Part shown: positions 41,746 through 51,668 of the stretch, piece after piece
How the letters are laid out: the number at the start of each line of letters is the position of its first letter
Numbering within the stretch: position 1 is the stretch's first letter
Assembly: GCA_963740085.1 (NCBI GenBank)
Contig: CAVUCU010000001.1
Coordinates: 224,001-288,000 of the forward strand
DNA length: 64,000 nucleotides
Direction of reading: 5' to 3'
From: Nitrospirota bacterium
GTDB taxonomy: Bacteria > Nitrospirota > UBA9217
Made by a program: the position numbers and the translations under genes
The notes under the pieces: model-generated
The model's database searches: none
What the model saw: the letters and a program-made list of their open reading frames with translations, nothing else
Told to the model about the DNA's origin: nothing

Positions 41746-42807
41746 TTATTGCAGGGTAAAGTAAAAAGTCGTACCTGCATTCACTCTGCTCTCGGCCCAG
41801 ATACGGCCACCATGACGTTGAATGATACGCATTACTGTAGCAAGGCCTATACCAGTGCCTGGGAAGTCAATTTGAGAGTGAAGTCGTTGAAACGGCCTAA
41901 ATAATCTTTCAGCATTATCCATGCTGAACCCCGCGCCATTGTCCTTCACGAAATAGACATCTTTTCCGTTTATTTTCGTCATGCCAAATTCAATTTTTGA
42001 GATGGATCGATGCTTAGTGAATTTCAAAGCATTTTCCACGAGGTTGAAGATTATCACTTGAAGCAACGCAGGATCGCCATTTGCGGTTACTCCCTCTGTC
42101 GCAACAAATTCTATTTTGCGTCCAGGCCAGAATTTTACACTTTCTTCTACTGCTCTTTTTACCATAGCGGTCAGGTCTACGCTGGATCGGTTCGGATCGC
42201 CGCGAGCATAATGTGACAAATCAAGCAAAGCATCTATAAGCTCCTTCATTCTTCTGGCGTTGACCTGTATGCGCTCGATGTAATCGTCACTCGTTTCATC
42301 GAGCTTGCCGGAGTATTGATCGGCAAGCATCTGCGCATAACTTTCAATGCGCCAGAGAGGAGAAATCAAATCATGAGACACCGAGTAGGAAAAAGCATCC
42401 AGATACTCATTTGCGGTCTTAACATCATTCATACTTTTTTGAAGTTCTACTGACAATTGGTTTTGCTTGTGTAATAAATATTGTAATTTTGTCAGCATGA
42501 AAGAGGCAAGAACGAATAGAATAAAGATCAGGAACAAGTTCCACATATCAAGAAAACGAATATGATAACCTGGGTCAGATAAATGGTCTGAAAAGTAAAT
42601 GGACAGGCAAGAGATCGTGGAGATGATAATTCCGGCTTTATTACTTATATACCAGACAATAAATGATATGGGCAATATATAGGCAACATCTATTCTTATT
42701 TCGCTGCCCGTAATGTAATCCAGAACTCCTACTCCCAAAGTAAGCGCCATACCGATAGCCATCAGACTTGTCTTTGACTTCTTTTTTAAATAGGTATCGA
42801 TACTCAT
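41746..42807 (-). CDS. Membrane-bound sensor histidine kinase
   Basis: About 4 TM helices at the N-terminus; SVSHDLISPL, NLVENALKF, DNGAGF, GTGIGL. Confidence 0.9.
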   Translation of the reverse strand: MSIDTYLKKKSKTSLMAIGMALTLGVGVLDYITGSEIRIDVAYILPISFIVWYISNKAGIIISTISCLSIYFSDHLSDPGYHIRFLDMWNLFLIFILFVLASFMLTKLQYLLHKQNQLSVELQKSMNDVKTANEYLDAFSYSVSHDLISPLWRIESYAQMLADQYSGKLDETSDDYIERIQVNARRMKELIDALLDLSHYARGDPNRSSVDLTAMVKRAVEESVKFWPGRKIEFVATEGVTANGDPALLQVIIFNLVENALKFTKHRSISKIEFGMTKINGKDVYFVKDNGAGFSMDNAERLFRPFQRLHSQIDFPGTGIGLATVMRIIQRHGGRIWAESRVNAGTTFYFTLQ

Positions 42808-43033
42808 ATGTAAATATCTCCAGAAATTCGTGAAGATGTCTATTGCCTGTTGATCATATCAGACACCGGAAACACAAAAAGGATGCTATTGTTATAGAAG
42901 TGCAAAATTATTTATTTACCTTTTTTGTGGCAATGGTGTCACATATTATGTGATTCGATTCTTATTGTACGCCATTACGACAAAAGAATTTTGAGGGCAT
43001 GAAGAAAGACCATTCATAAATGGGAGGGAATCC

Positions 43034-43459
43034 ATGGAAAAGATTGAAGGATTAGACCGTGTTCAAGTTAACGCAGATAAAAGAATGCCAACCATTCTGA
43101 TAGTTGACGATGAATCTGAAAATCGGAAAATTATTGCCACTCTGCTTGGTGATTTAGGTTATAACGTTATTGCTGAGGAGGACGGGACATCAGCGCTATC
43201 GAGAATCCAGCAAGGAGCTAAAATCGACCTAGTTCTTACCGATGAGCGGATGCCTGACATGAGCGGCCTGGAGCTCATCGAAACGTTAAGAACGGTGGTC
43301 CCTTCTCTCCCGGTGATTCTTATCACTGCATACGGTAGTATAGAAAACTATCTCCGGTCATCGAGTCTCGGCGTGTTCGAGTATGTAAATAGGCCTGTAG
43401 GTAAACGAGAACTCGGGAAGATCGTAAAAACCGCTCTTCGTCCCTTTGCAATAAATTGA
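43034..43459 (+). CDS. Single-domain response regulator
   Basis: ILIVDDE, LTDERMPDMSG, ITAYG; the conserved KP appears as RP. Confidence 0.88.
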   Translation: MEKIEGLDRVQVNADKRMPTILIVDDESENRKIIATLLGDLGYNVIAEEDGTSALSRIQQGAKIDLVLTDERMPDMSGLELIETLRTVVPSLPVILITAYGSIENYLRSSSLGVFEYVNRPVGKRELGKIVKTALRPFAIN

Positions 43460-44440
43460 TTCCACTGTGTCCTAATATTTTATGAAAAGCTTGCACGATG
43501 ATATTGAATACGTCATGTACTCTGCAGATTCCACGTGACGCAACTGCTGCGGGGTACAGGAAGAAGGTCTTGACTGCGATCATGTCATAAAACATAAAGT
43601 TACAGACAGTTTTATTGATTATGTAACCCTCACAGGCTACGCCTTCCGCAATTTGACAATCTCTCTACTATCTCTTATGGTTCTCCTCCGGATCCGGCTT
43701 GCTTCCCCGTGTTACTTCCGCGTCATAGCATTCGTTATTGTTCAGTCCTCTATCAAGTTCTTCGTCTGTCCATTCGGGTGAAATAGCTGCAAACGCATCG
43801 GTGCCTTCAACCTTCCAACGACTGATCTCAATACCTCTCTTGGCTTTTTCATTTACAGTAAATTCCGGCATTCTATTGTTGAATTATGCTGACCCTTGAT
43901 TCAGAACAAAGATAATTTTTGCGATCTGATAGTTCTGTATGCTTTCTCTAAATACGTTTCTCTGATCCGCTGTCATCTCGTCCAATGCAGCCTGGACATA
44001 CAGAATATCTCATGGGCTCCATTTATATTCTTGATTGTGCGGATGCCCTTCCTTTATCTTGATAAACTGCGTCAACATGACAGAGAAGGCATCGGCGGTT
44101 TCTGTGAAATTATCCATGCGCTGAACAGTATCAAAATCCCGATGTTTCGTCAACGGGAATGCATAGGAAGGCGGATTGTGCGTCGAATGGATAGGCTGGT
44201 ATTCGAGGATTGCCTTGATGGGGTGCGTGCCGAGAGTGTGGGCGACATCATTACACGCCATTAAAGATTCGGCGGACAATCAGCTCCGACGAAGGAGGAT
44301 AGCAGACAATGGCGGAAGCGGGAGAGCCTTACACTCGAACTCGCGTTTGCGGCCCATTTTGTGCACCTTTTGTGTACCAACATCATGAGATTTCGGGCGA
44401 GGTAAGAGATTGATTTGAAAGAAAATGGAGCAGATAAAAT

Positions 44441-44516
44441 TGGTGGACGAGAAGGGGATCGAACCCTCGGCCCCCGCATTGCGAACGCGGTGCTCTCCCA
44501 GCTGAGCTACTCGCCC
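44441..44516 (-). tRNA. tRNA-Ala (anticodon CGC)
   Basis: GGGCGAGTAGCTCAGCTGGGAGAGCACCGCGTTCGCAATGCGGGGGCCGAGGGTTCGATCCCCTTCTCGTCCACCA; cloverleaf, G3-U70, encoded CCA. Confidence 0.97.
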
Positions 44517-44672
44517 ACTCGAGTTGGGAGTTTTAATTTAATCTATCACGTAAAATAAATCAAGGGAAAAAATCAGATGACATACTACGGAGGACAGAAC
44601 TCAGACTGGATCTTGCGGCATATCTGAGCCTTTCCGCTGACGCCTCTCCCCTGTCTTCCGTGCTCTCTCTTA

Positions 44673-44701
44673 TTGACAAATCGGTCCATCTTCGTTATAG
44701 T
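44673..44701 (+). promoter_or_regulatory. Sigma-70 promoter
   Basis: TTGACA-17 nt-TATAGT. Confidence 0.65.
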
Positions 44702-44747
44702 GTGCAGGCTTAGAATACATATTATCCGTTGAAAGGAGAACCACCAG

Positions 44748-44858
44748 ATGCGAGAAAGACAGAAAGAACTGAAACGCAAACGTAAACGAAAAGAAGAGAC
44801 CCTGAAGGCCAAGAACAAGACTGCAATGGCCGAGGCCGCGGCCAAAAAAGGAAAATAA
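44748..44858 (+). CDS. 36-aa highly basic small protein (below ORF-track cutoff)
   Basis: MRERQKELKRKRKRKEETLKAKNKTAMAEAAAKKGK; GAAAGGAG RBS; stop 3 nt before the next ATG. Confidence 0.7.
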   Translation: MRERQKELKRKRKRKEETLKAKNKTAMAEAAAKKGK

Positions 44859-44861
44859 CAG

Positions 44862-46787
44862 ATGCCGTTCAGGCGTATTCGCTCCACAGCCTCATTCATT
44901 CTGCCCGTACTACTCATCCTGTCTGTGCTGATTCCCGCGGGTTGCGCTCCCAAGCTGTCACCGGAACCGGTATGGGAAAAAAATGCCCGCGAGCTTCTCG
45001 ACCAGGCCGACTCCCTGTTATCCAAAAAACAGTACAGCCAGTCCTCGAAGACCGTGGATGTTTTTTTCTCCCGCTTCCCGACGAGCAAGTACCGGGACCG
45101 GGCGTTCTATATCCAGGGCGAGGTTCGCTTTACACAGCGAGACTACCAGCGGGCGCTGAGCTATTACAAGGAAGTCATCGAGAAATTCCCCTCGTCATCT
45201 TTCATTATCCAGGCGCGCTATAAACTCGGCCTGTGCTATTTCGAGCTCAAGGAATATGAACTCGCCATCGCCAACCTCCAGGACCGCAGTAAGATCACCG
45301 ATCCGGCGCAACTCAGGCGTAGCGCGGAAGTCCTCTCCGCCGCCTATGTGATAAAAAAGGACTTTCTGCCGGCCGTCAAGGAGCTCTTATCGCTCGCCGA
45401 GACCGCGCAGAACGAAAGACAGAAGACCGGATTCCGGGACCGGATCCGCGAGATCATCGACAAGAACCTGACGGAACAGGAGCTCAGGACCCTCGCGGAT
45501 GGATCCAAGTACCCTTCGGACATCGCCCGGTTGCGACTCGCCGCGCTTTTAATCGAACAACGGCAGTACCGGGAAGCCGTATCGGTGAGCAAGAATTTTC
45601 TCGAACAATTTCCTAAACACCCCGAGAGAATGCGTGGGGAGATGCTCCTGAATGAGGCAACTTCAAAGCTCTCCTCTCCAAGATACTATCTGGGAGCGCT
45701 CCTTCCCCAAACGGGCCAGCTTGCCTTTTTCGGAGACCGGGTGTTGAAAGGCATCCAGCTCGCGGTGCATATGTACAATCTCCAGGCCCCTGACAGCCGC
45801 GTGGAGCTTCTGGTAAAGGACACCGAAGGCTCGCCGGAAAAGGCCGTTGCAGCGCTCACCGAGCTCTCGTCCAAAGACATCGTGGCGGCGATCGGGCCTT
45901 TGCTGACAAAGGAGGCGGAAGCGCTTGTTCCCTTCCTCGAAAATCTAAAGGTCCCCGTTATTACACCGGCAGCCTCCGGCGAAGGCATCGGAACGATCAG
46001 TCCCTGGCTGTTTCGAAACGCCCTGACGAATTCCAGTCAAGCGACGGCAGCAGCCCGGTTCGCGCTCGGGCTCAATCTTAAAAAGTTCGTGATCATTCAC
46101 CCCGACGATGCCTACGGCAGGGACCTGGCGCGACTCTTCGCCAAGGAGTTGGAACAGAAGGCAGAGATCCTCGCTACCATATCCTACCCGCCTGACGTGA
46201 AGGACTTCGGCCCGTATATACGGAAGATCATCGAGATCGATCTTCGCTCCCGGAAGATAGTCATCCCCGAGGATGACCTCGAGAGAAAAAAGCTCTTCAC
46301 TGAGTTTATACCGAGCTTCGATGCACTGTACCTCCCCGGCCATGCCGAGAAGGTCGGCTTGCTCATCCCCCAGCTCGCTTTTTACAACATCAAGGGCATT
46401 GCGATGATCGGCTCCAACGACTGGCATTCACCCGACTTGATCGAGCGGGCAGACCGGTTTGCCGACGGAGCGGTCTTCATAGACGGGTTCTTTCCCGAGA
46501 GTGAGAACCCCGTGATCAAACCCGTCATCGAGGCTTACCGTTCGGCATATCAGGAAGAGCCGGACATCCTCTCGGCCCAGGCCTATGACGCGGCCATGAT
46601 GGTCTTCACGCTCCTGAAAGAGCACAAGGACACGCCCCGGGCCGTCAGGGACGGTCTGCTCGCGATGAAGGACTATCCCGGCATTTCAGGCACGACCACC
46701 TTCCCGGGAAACGGCGAGGCCCTGAAGAAGCTGTTCATCATAAAGATCCAGGACGGAAAGTTCGTGCCGTACACCGACGGGAAATAG
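44862..46787 (+). CDS. Lipoprotein with TPR repeats and periplasmic-binding-type domain (LpoA-like PBP activator)
   Basis: Lipobox PAGC; BamD/TPR-like N-terminus; LLPQTG, IGPLL, AQAYDAA type I PBP motifs. Confidence 0.8.
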   Translation: MPFRRIRSTASFILPVLLILSVLIPAGCAPKLSPEPVWEKNARELLDQADSLLSKKQYSQSSKTVDVFFSRFPTSKYRDRAFYIQGEVRFTQRDYQRALSYYKEVIEKFPSSSFIIQARYKLGLCYFELKEYELAIANLQDRSKITDPAQLRRSAEVLSAAYVIKKDFLPAVKELLSLAETAQNERQKTGFRDRIREIIDKNLTEQELRTLADGSKYPSDIARLRLAALLIEQRQYREAVSVSKNFLEQFPKHPERMRGEMLLNEATSKLSSPRYYLGALLPQTGQLAFFGDRVLKGIQLAVHMYNLQAPDSRVELLVKDTEGSPEKAVAALTELSSKDIVAAIGPLLTKEAEALVPFLENLKVPVITPAASGEGIGTISPWLFRNALTNSSQATAAARFALGLNLKKFVIIHPDDAYGRDLARLFAKELEQKAEILATISYPPDVKDFGPYIRKIIEIDLRSRKIVIPEDDLERKKLFTEFIPSFDALYLPGHAEKVGLLIPQLAFYNIKGIAMIGSNDWHSPDLIERADRFADGAVFIDGFFPESENPVIKPVIEAYRSAYQEEPDILSAQAYDAAMMVFTLLKEHKDTPRAVRDGLLAMKDYPGISGTTTFPGNGEALKKLFIIKIQDGKFVPYTDGK

Positions 46788-46878
46788 GGCCCCGCCCTGG
46801 TTTCCCTTGACAAGGCCTCATGCTTTCTTTTAGTATCAAGTCCTCTTTTACTTCCCGATTCGGAGAAAAGACGTTCCC

Positions 46879-47550
46879 ATGGAAGAAATGAATATTATAC
46901 AAAAGATCGTCATCATGGCCCCGCCGCTCATATTCGCCATTGTATTGCATGAAGTGGCGCACGGCTGGGTTGCGGACAAGCTTGGCGATCATACAGCCAA
47001 GGATATGGGCAGGCTCACGCTGAATCCCATCTCGCACATTGATCTCTTCGGCACGATCATCATACCAGTCGTATGCATCCTTGCCCACGGCCCTATTTTC
47101 GGCTATGCCAAACCGGTGCCGATCAACCCCTCCAACTTCAAAAATCCAAAAAAAGATATGGCGCTTTCGTCGCTTGCGGGCCCGGGTGTCAACATCATCA
47201 TGGCTCTCGCATTTGCGTTCCTGTTCCGAATCATCATGCCTGCACTGGAAGGCAAGCTGTCCACGCAGTCTTGGCAACAGTTTGCTAATCCCCTCAGTTT
47301 GATGTTCGGTTATGGTATCATCATCAACGTCGCTCTCGCGGTACTCAACATGATACCCATTCCCCCGCTTGATGGGAGCAGAATAGTCTATTGGATGCTT
47401 CCGGATAAGTATGCAACTGCGTACTATCGACTGGAACGATATGGACTGATCATACTCGTTTTTCTCCTCGTCACCAATATTCTGAGCAAAATCATAATGC
47501 CTATCCTCCAGCCGATCCTGTCGTTGCTGCTGGGCGGGGATATTATGTGA
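46879..47550 (+). CDS. Site-2 protease (M50) family protein
   Basis: HEVAH, AGP, NMIPIPPLDG. Confidence 0.92.
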   Translation: MEEMNIIQKIVIMAPPLIFAIVLHEVAHGWVADKLGDHTAKDMGRLTLNPISHIDLFGTIIIPVVCILAHGPIFGYAKPVPINPSNFKNPKKDMALSSLAGPGVNIIMALAFAFLFRIIMPALEGKLSTQSWQQFANPLSLMFGYGIIINVALAVLNMIPIPPLDGSRIVYWMLPDKYATAYYRLERYGLIILVFLLVTNILSKIIMPILQPILSLLLGGDIM

Positions 47551-47581
47551 AACAGGGTCCGGGGTTCAGATTTCGATTCTT

Positions 47582-47611
47582 ATCCGTGTCAATCCGTGTC
47601 CATCCGTGGTA
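47582..47611. repeat. Single arm of the 10-mer periodic element (ATCCGTG) x3
   Basis: atccgtgtca atccgtgtcc atccgtggta. Confidence 0.6.
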
Positions 47612-47625
47612 AAAGAGGATTTCTT

Positions 47626-48609
47626 ATGCCCAAACAACGCGTCTTAAGCGGAATGCAGCCAAGCGGTCTCCTGCACCTCGGGAATCTCATGGGCGCCCTG
47701 GACAACTGGCGCAAGCTCCAGGACCAATACGAGTGCTATTACTTCATCGCGGACTGGCACGCACTCACCACGAACTACGCCGACACGTCGAATATCCGTG
47801 CGAACCGCAGCGAAATGGTGATCGACTGGCTCGCGGCCGGGCTCGACCCCGAGAAGTCCGTGCTCTTCCAGCAGTCCCTCGTGCCCGAGCACGCCGTGCT
47901 CCATGTGCTCCTGTCCATGTCCACGCCGCTCCCCTGGCTCGAGCGCGTTCCAACGTACAAGGAAAAAATAGACCAGATCCAGGACCGGGAGATGAACACC
48001 TACGGCTTTCTCGGTTACCCCGTGCTCCAGGCCGCCGATATCCTCATTTACAAGGCGCATTTCGTTCCGGTCGGCATCGACCAACTCCCTCACCTGGAAC
48101 TCACTCGGGAGATCTGCCGCAGGTTCAACCAGCTCTACGGCGGGGTATTCCCCGAACCGCAGCCGCTCATGACCGAGTACCCCAAGCTGCCGGGCACGGA
48201 CGGCCGCAAGATGAGCAAGAGCTACAACAACTGTCTCTACCTTTCCGAAAGTCCTGAAGCAATCACGAAAAAGGTGATGCAGATGATCACGGACCCGGCG
48301 CGTATCCGCCGGCAGGACCCGGGCAATCCCGATATCTGTCCTCTCTTTGCTCTCAATAAGATCTTCGCTCCCAAAGAATGGTGCGATCAGGTGAATGTGG
48401 AGTGCAGGCGCGCCGGGATCGGGTGCGTGGATGACAAGAAGGAACTGCTGAAGCACCTCCTTACCTATCTCAAGCCCATGCAGGACCGGCGGAAGGAACT
48501 GGCAGCGCATCCGGAGAGGGTCACCGAGATCATTCAGGAAGGCTCGCGCAAGGCCCGGGTCATCGCCGCCAGAACGCTCGCGGAAGCCAACGAAGCGATG
48601 AAGCTGTAG
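47626..48609 (+). CDS. trpS: Tryptophan--tRNA ligase
   Basis: SGMQPSGLLHLGN, YPVLQAADI, VPVGIDQ, KMSKS. Confidence 0.97.
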   Translation: MPKQRVLSGMQPSGLLHLGNLMGALDNWRKLQDQYECYYFIADWHALTTNYADTSNIRANRSEMVIDWLAAGLDPEKSVLFQQSLVPEHAVLHVLLSMSTPLPWLERVPTYKEKIDQIQDREMNTYGFLGYPVLQAADILIYKAHFVPVGIDQLPHLELTREICRRFNQLYGGVFPEPQPLMTEYPKLPGTDGRKMSKSYNNCLYLSESPEAITKKVMQMITDPARIRRQDPGNPDICPLFALNKIFAPKEWCDQVNVECRRAGIGCVDDKKELLKHLLTYLKPMQDRRKELAAHPERVTEIIQEGSRKARVIAARTLAEANEAMKL

Positions 48610-48792
48610 GTGTTCAGGATGACGCACCTTCAGCGGTCGCATAATATACCCATGTGTCCTGCCGCACCTCTTGCGTGGCCGGTGGATTGCGCGCAATGAC
48701 CCTCGAAACCGCATATCGTATCCACAAAAACCCTTGACAATGCTCGGCGTCTCCCCTATTATTCATGCAGATTTCACTCAGGAAATGACCGC

Positions 48793-49776
48793 ATGACAAC
48801 CACCCTTCAAGATGTCTTAAAAGAATACAGGTCTGACATGGAGCGAATGGAGCACAGGATCCATGAGAGCCTGGGCACCGACGTTCCGCTCATCCAGCAG
48901 GTCAGTAAATACATCCTCGGCGCGGGCGGCAAGAGGTTCCGGCCTTTGCTGCTCCTGCTTTCGGCCCGGCTTTGCGGATACCGCGAGCATAACGCCGAAT
49001 ATCTCCTCGGAAGCGTCGTGGAATACATACACACTGCCTCGCTCCTGCACGATGATGTCGTTGATGATGCCAATGTAAGACGGGGCCGGTCCTCGGCAAA
49101 CTCCCTCTGGGGAAACCAGGCGAGCATTCTCGTCGGCGACTACCTTTACTCCAAGGCGCTCTATCACGCCGTCAGGATCCAGAATCAGCGGATCATGGAC
49201 GTCCTGTCCGAGACCACGACCACCATGTCCGAGGGAGAGGTCCTCCAGCTTACCCAGATCCAGAACGCGGACCTCACCGAGGCGGAGTATTTCCGTCTCG
49301 TGGAATGCAAGACCGGTGTGCTCATTTCGGCCGCTTGCCGGCTTGGCGCGATCATCAGCAAGGCGCCGCTGTCGCAGGAGGACGCACTCACCGCCTTCGG
49401 CAAAAAGCTCGGTCTTTCGTTCCAGATCACCGACGACACCCTCGACTACGCGGCCGACCAGAAGCAGCTCGGCAAGGTCCTCGGCAAGGACCTGGCTGAA
49501 GGCAAGGTAACCCTCCCCCTCATCTACCTTATGCGCAAGGCGAACGCCGGGGAAAAGGACAACCTGAGAAACATTCTTGATGCCGATACCGTCAGCGAGA
49601 ACGATCTGACGTATACGCTCGGATTGATGACGAAGCACGGCGCCGTTGAAGAAGCGCTCGACGTTGCGCAGTCGCTCTCCAATGATGCGAAAGCAGCACT
49701 GATGGCATTCCCCAATTCACTGCCGCGCCGGGCTCTTATGGCGCTTGCCGACTACGTGGTACAGCGGGAGATGTGA
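48793..49776 (+). CDS. Polyprenyl diphosphate synthase (IspB/HepT-like)
   Basis: GGKRFRP, HDDVVD..RRG, FQITDD, GKVTLP; TTGACA-17-TATTAT promoter at 48734. Confidence 0.93.
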   Translation: MTTTLQDVLKEYRSDMERMEHRIHESLGTDVPLIQQVSKYILGAGGKRFRPLLLLLSARLCGYREHNAEYLLGSVVEYIHTASLLHDDVVDDANVRRGRSSANSLWGNQASILVGDYLYSKALYHAVRIQNQRIMDVLSETTTTMSEGEVLQLTQIQNADLTEAEYFRLVECKTGVLISAACRLGAIISKAPLSQEDALTAFGKKLGLSFQITDDTLDYAADQKQLGKVLGKDLAEGKVTLPLIYLMRKANAGEKDNLRNILDADTVSENDLTYTLGLMTKHGAVEEALDVAQSLSNDAKAALMAFPNSLPRRALMALADYVVQREM

Positions 49777-49962
49777 TGCCTCGCATGATGCTCACGGCCC
49801 TCACAGAATATGTCGTTCAGCGGGAGAGGTGATGTGATGCCTCGCATGATGCTCACGGCCCTCACAGAATATGTCGTTCAGCGGGAGAGGTGATGTGATG
49901 CCTCGCATGATGCTCACGGCCCTCACAGAATATGTCGTTCAGCGGGAGAGGTGATGTGATGC
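49770..49962 (+). repeat. 61-bp tandem repeat: 3 identical copies plus a 10-bp partial copy
   Basis: Unit GATGTGATGCCTCGCATGATGCTCACGGCCCTCACAGAATATGTCGTTCAGCGGGAGAGGT at 49770, 49831, 49892. Confidence 0.95.
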
Positions 49963-50468
49963 ATCCTCTTGTAAGAATGGCCAGGGAGGCCGTCGAGCTG
50001 TACATCCGCGAGGGCAAGGTGCTGCAGGTTCGCGACGAGGACCTCACGCCGGAAATGAAAGAACAGGCCGGGGTCTTCGTCTGTCTGAAGATCCGGGGCA
50101 TGCTTCGCGGGTGCATCGGCACCTTCGAGCCGACAGAGCGCGATGTGGCGCACGAAGTGATCAGGAATGCCGTAAGCGCCGCGACCTGCGACCCCCGTTT
50201 TCCGGCAACGTGCATTGGAGAACTTGACACTCTCGAGTATTCGGTGGACGTTCTCACACCTCCGGAGCGGGTGGATGACCGCCGTGAGCTCGATCCCCGC
50301 CGCTACGGAGTGATCGTGCGGTCGGGATCCCGCCGGGGCCTGCTCCTGCCTGACCTCGAAGGCGTGGACACCGTGGAATACCAGATCAGCATCGCCATGC
50401 AGAAGGCCGGGATCCCGCCGGGGACGCCGGTCGAGCTTTCACGGTTTGAAGTAAAACGCTATCATTAG
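49959..50468 (+). CDS. amrA: AmmeMemoRadiSam system protein A (AMMECR1 domain)
   Basis: [31 protein letters not shown]. Confidence 0.9.
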   Translation: MHPLVRMAREAVELYIREGKVLQVRDEDLTPEMKEQAGVFVCLKIRGMLRGCIGTFEPTERDVAHEVIRNAVSAATCDPRFPATCIGELDTLEYSVDVLTPPERVDDRRELDPRRYGVIVRSGSRRGLLLPDLEGVDTVEYQISIAMQKAGIPPGTPVELSRFEVKRYH

Positions 50469-50513
50469 CCATGACATTTCACTCTATTTCACTTAAGGAG
50501 GGCATAACAACTG

Positions 50514-50858
50514 ATGGAACGACCGGACAGGACCGAAAAAGACGATGCACAGAAGGCAAAGCTCATATTCTTTTCACTCGCCGTTCTGGTGACCATTCTC
50601 CTCGTCTGGAGCTTTTACACGGCGAACAACGCAAGACAGGAACGGGACAAGGCCAGACAGGAGACCGAGCAACTCAGGCAGGACAATGCCAAACTGGAAG
50701 AGATGCTGAAGGACCAGAACCAGAGCAACGATGAACTGAAGAAAAAGCTTGAAGTGTGCGAGACCAAGCCAAAGCCAAAACCCAAGCCCGTCGCAAAAAA
50801 GACGCCAAAAAAGAAAGTGACCAAGAAATCATCCAAGGCGAAAAAAAAGACCCGATAG
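50514..50858 (+). CDS. Single-TM coiled-coil protein with Lys-rich tail
   Basis: AAGGAGG RBS; TM helix, heptad region, KPKPKP..KK tail. Confidence 0.7.
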   Translation: MERPDRTEKDDAQKAKLIFFSLAVLVTILLVWSFYTANNARQERDKARQETEQLRQDNAKLEEMLKDQNQSNDELKKKLEVCETKPKPKPKPVAKKTPKKKVTKKSSKAKKKTR

Positions 50859-50945
50859 TCAGAGACCGGCCGCAGGGCCTTAATGTCCTGCCAACCGCGT
50901 TCCCGGTGGCTTTCTTCTCTGTTCGAAACCGGGCTGGAGATCATC

Positions 50946-51485
50946 ATGAAAAATCCGCAGACCGTGCGTTCTTTTGAATATAAAAATGACTATCTGTACA
51001 TCATCATCCGCCAGGCGCCTGAACTTGGGCCGAAGACGTATGTTTACTGCTGCGGAATCAACATAGCCCGGTTCGATCCCATCTGCTGGGGCAAGGCGGG
51101 TATCTGCTCGAACCCCGCGTTCAAGGGCCTGCAGTTGCTGCGGGCCGATGTCTCGGCGTTCGGGCTGAAACTCGGCATCCAGACGAAAAATGCCGAACAG
51201 ATCCCCTGCGGTCCCCTGTCTCCGCGGACGGGGAACGCCTGGTACCGTGAGAACACCCTCCTGATCGTCGCGGCGTCTCCAAAAGACGTTCAGAAGATCC
51301 TTGATTTCAGCGTCAGGGACCTCGTGCAGACCGTGCTTGCTATCTGCGCCCCGGATGTAAAGCTCCCGGCAAAGCTTCCGAACCCGCCGCAGATGCAGAA
51401 GTATCTCGAGTCCCTGAGCGTGAAAAATTACAAGCAAATGGCGCCGCCACCGATCGCGAGAAGGCAGGACCAGGAGAAGGGCTGA
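50946..51485 (+). CDS. Hypothetical protein
   Basis: Long ORF with host-like codon usage; GGAG RBS. Confidence 0.6.
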   Translation: MKNPQTVRSFEYKNDYLYIIIRQAPELGPKTYVYCCGINIARFDPICWGKAGICSNPAFKGLQLLRADVSAFGLKLGIQTKNAEQIPCGPLSPRTGNAWYRENTLLIVAASPKDVQKILDFSVRDLVQTVLAICAPDVKLPAKLPNPPQMQKYLESLSVKNYKQMAPPPIARRQDQEKG

Positions 51486-51546
51486 CGCGGTGATGCCTGA
51501 ATGACTTGTCAAAGCACAAGTGGTTGTTGGAAAACGGTCCCATGCC

Positions 51547-51616
51547 GTCATCCTGAACAAAGTGAAGGATCTCAAGTATTCGGAAAAGCAAGATTCTTCG
51601 CTGCACTCAGAATGAC
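51547..51616. repeat. REP-like palindromic element
   Basis: GTCATCCTGAACAAAGTGAAGGATCT ... AGATTCTTCGCTGCACTCAGAATGAC. Confidence 0.75.
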
Positions 51617-51668
51617 ATTATTGATGTTCATCCCGGCAAATTGAGCCCAGCCGCCGAAGGCTACCAGC

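Noticed and set aside
43520-43590. c-di-GMP-I (GEMM) riboswitch-like GACGCAA segment; similar at about 36640
   Set aside because: No GNRA-capped first hairpin or GGCAAA element, and no suitable downstream gene
44010-44279. Integrase C-terminal fragment
   Set aside because: Only a vague resemblance (IKAILEYQ..HST..YA); catalytic motifs not recognisable, needs BLASTx
49770-49962. CRISPR array
   Set aside because: Units are identical head-to-tail with no unique spacers, and no cas genes are present
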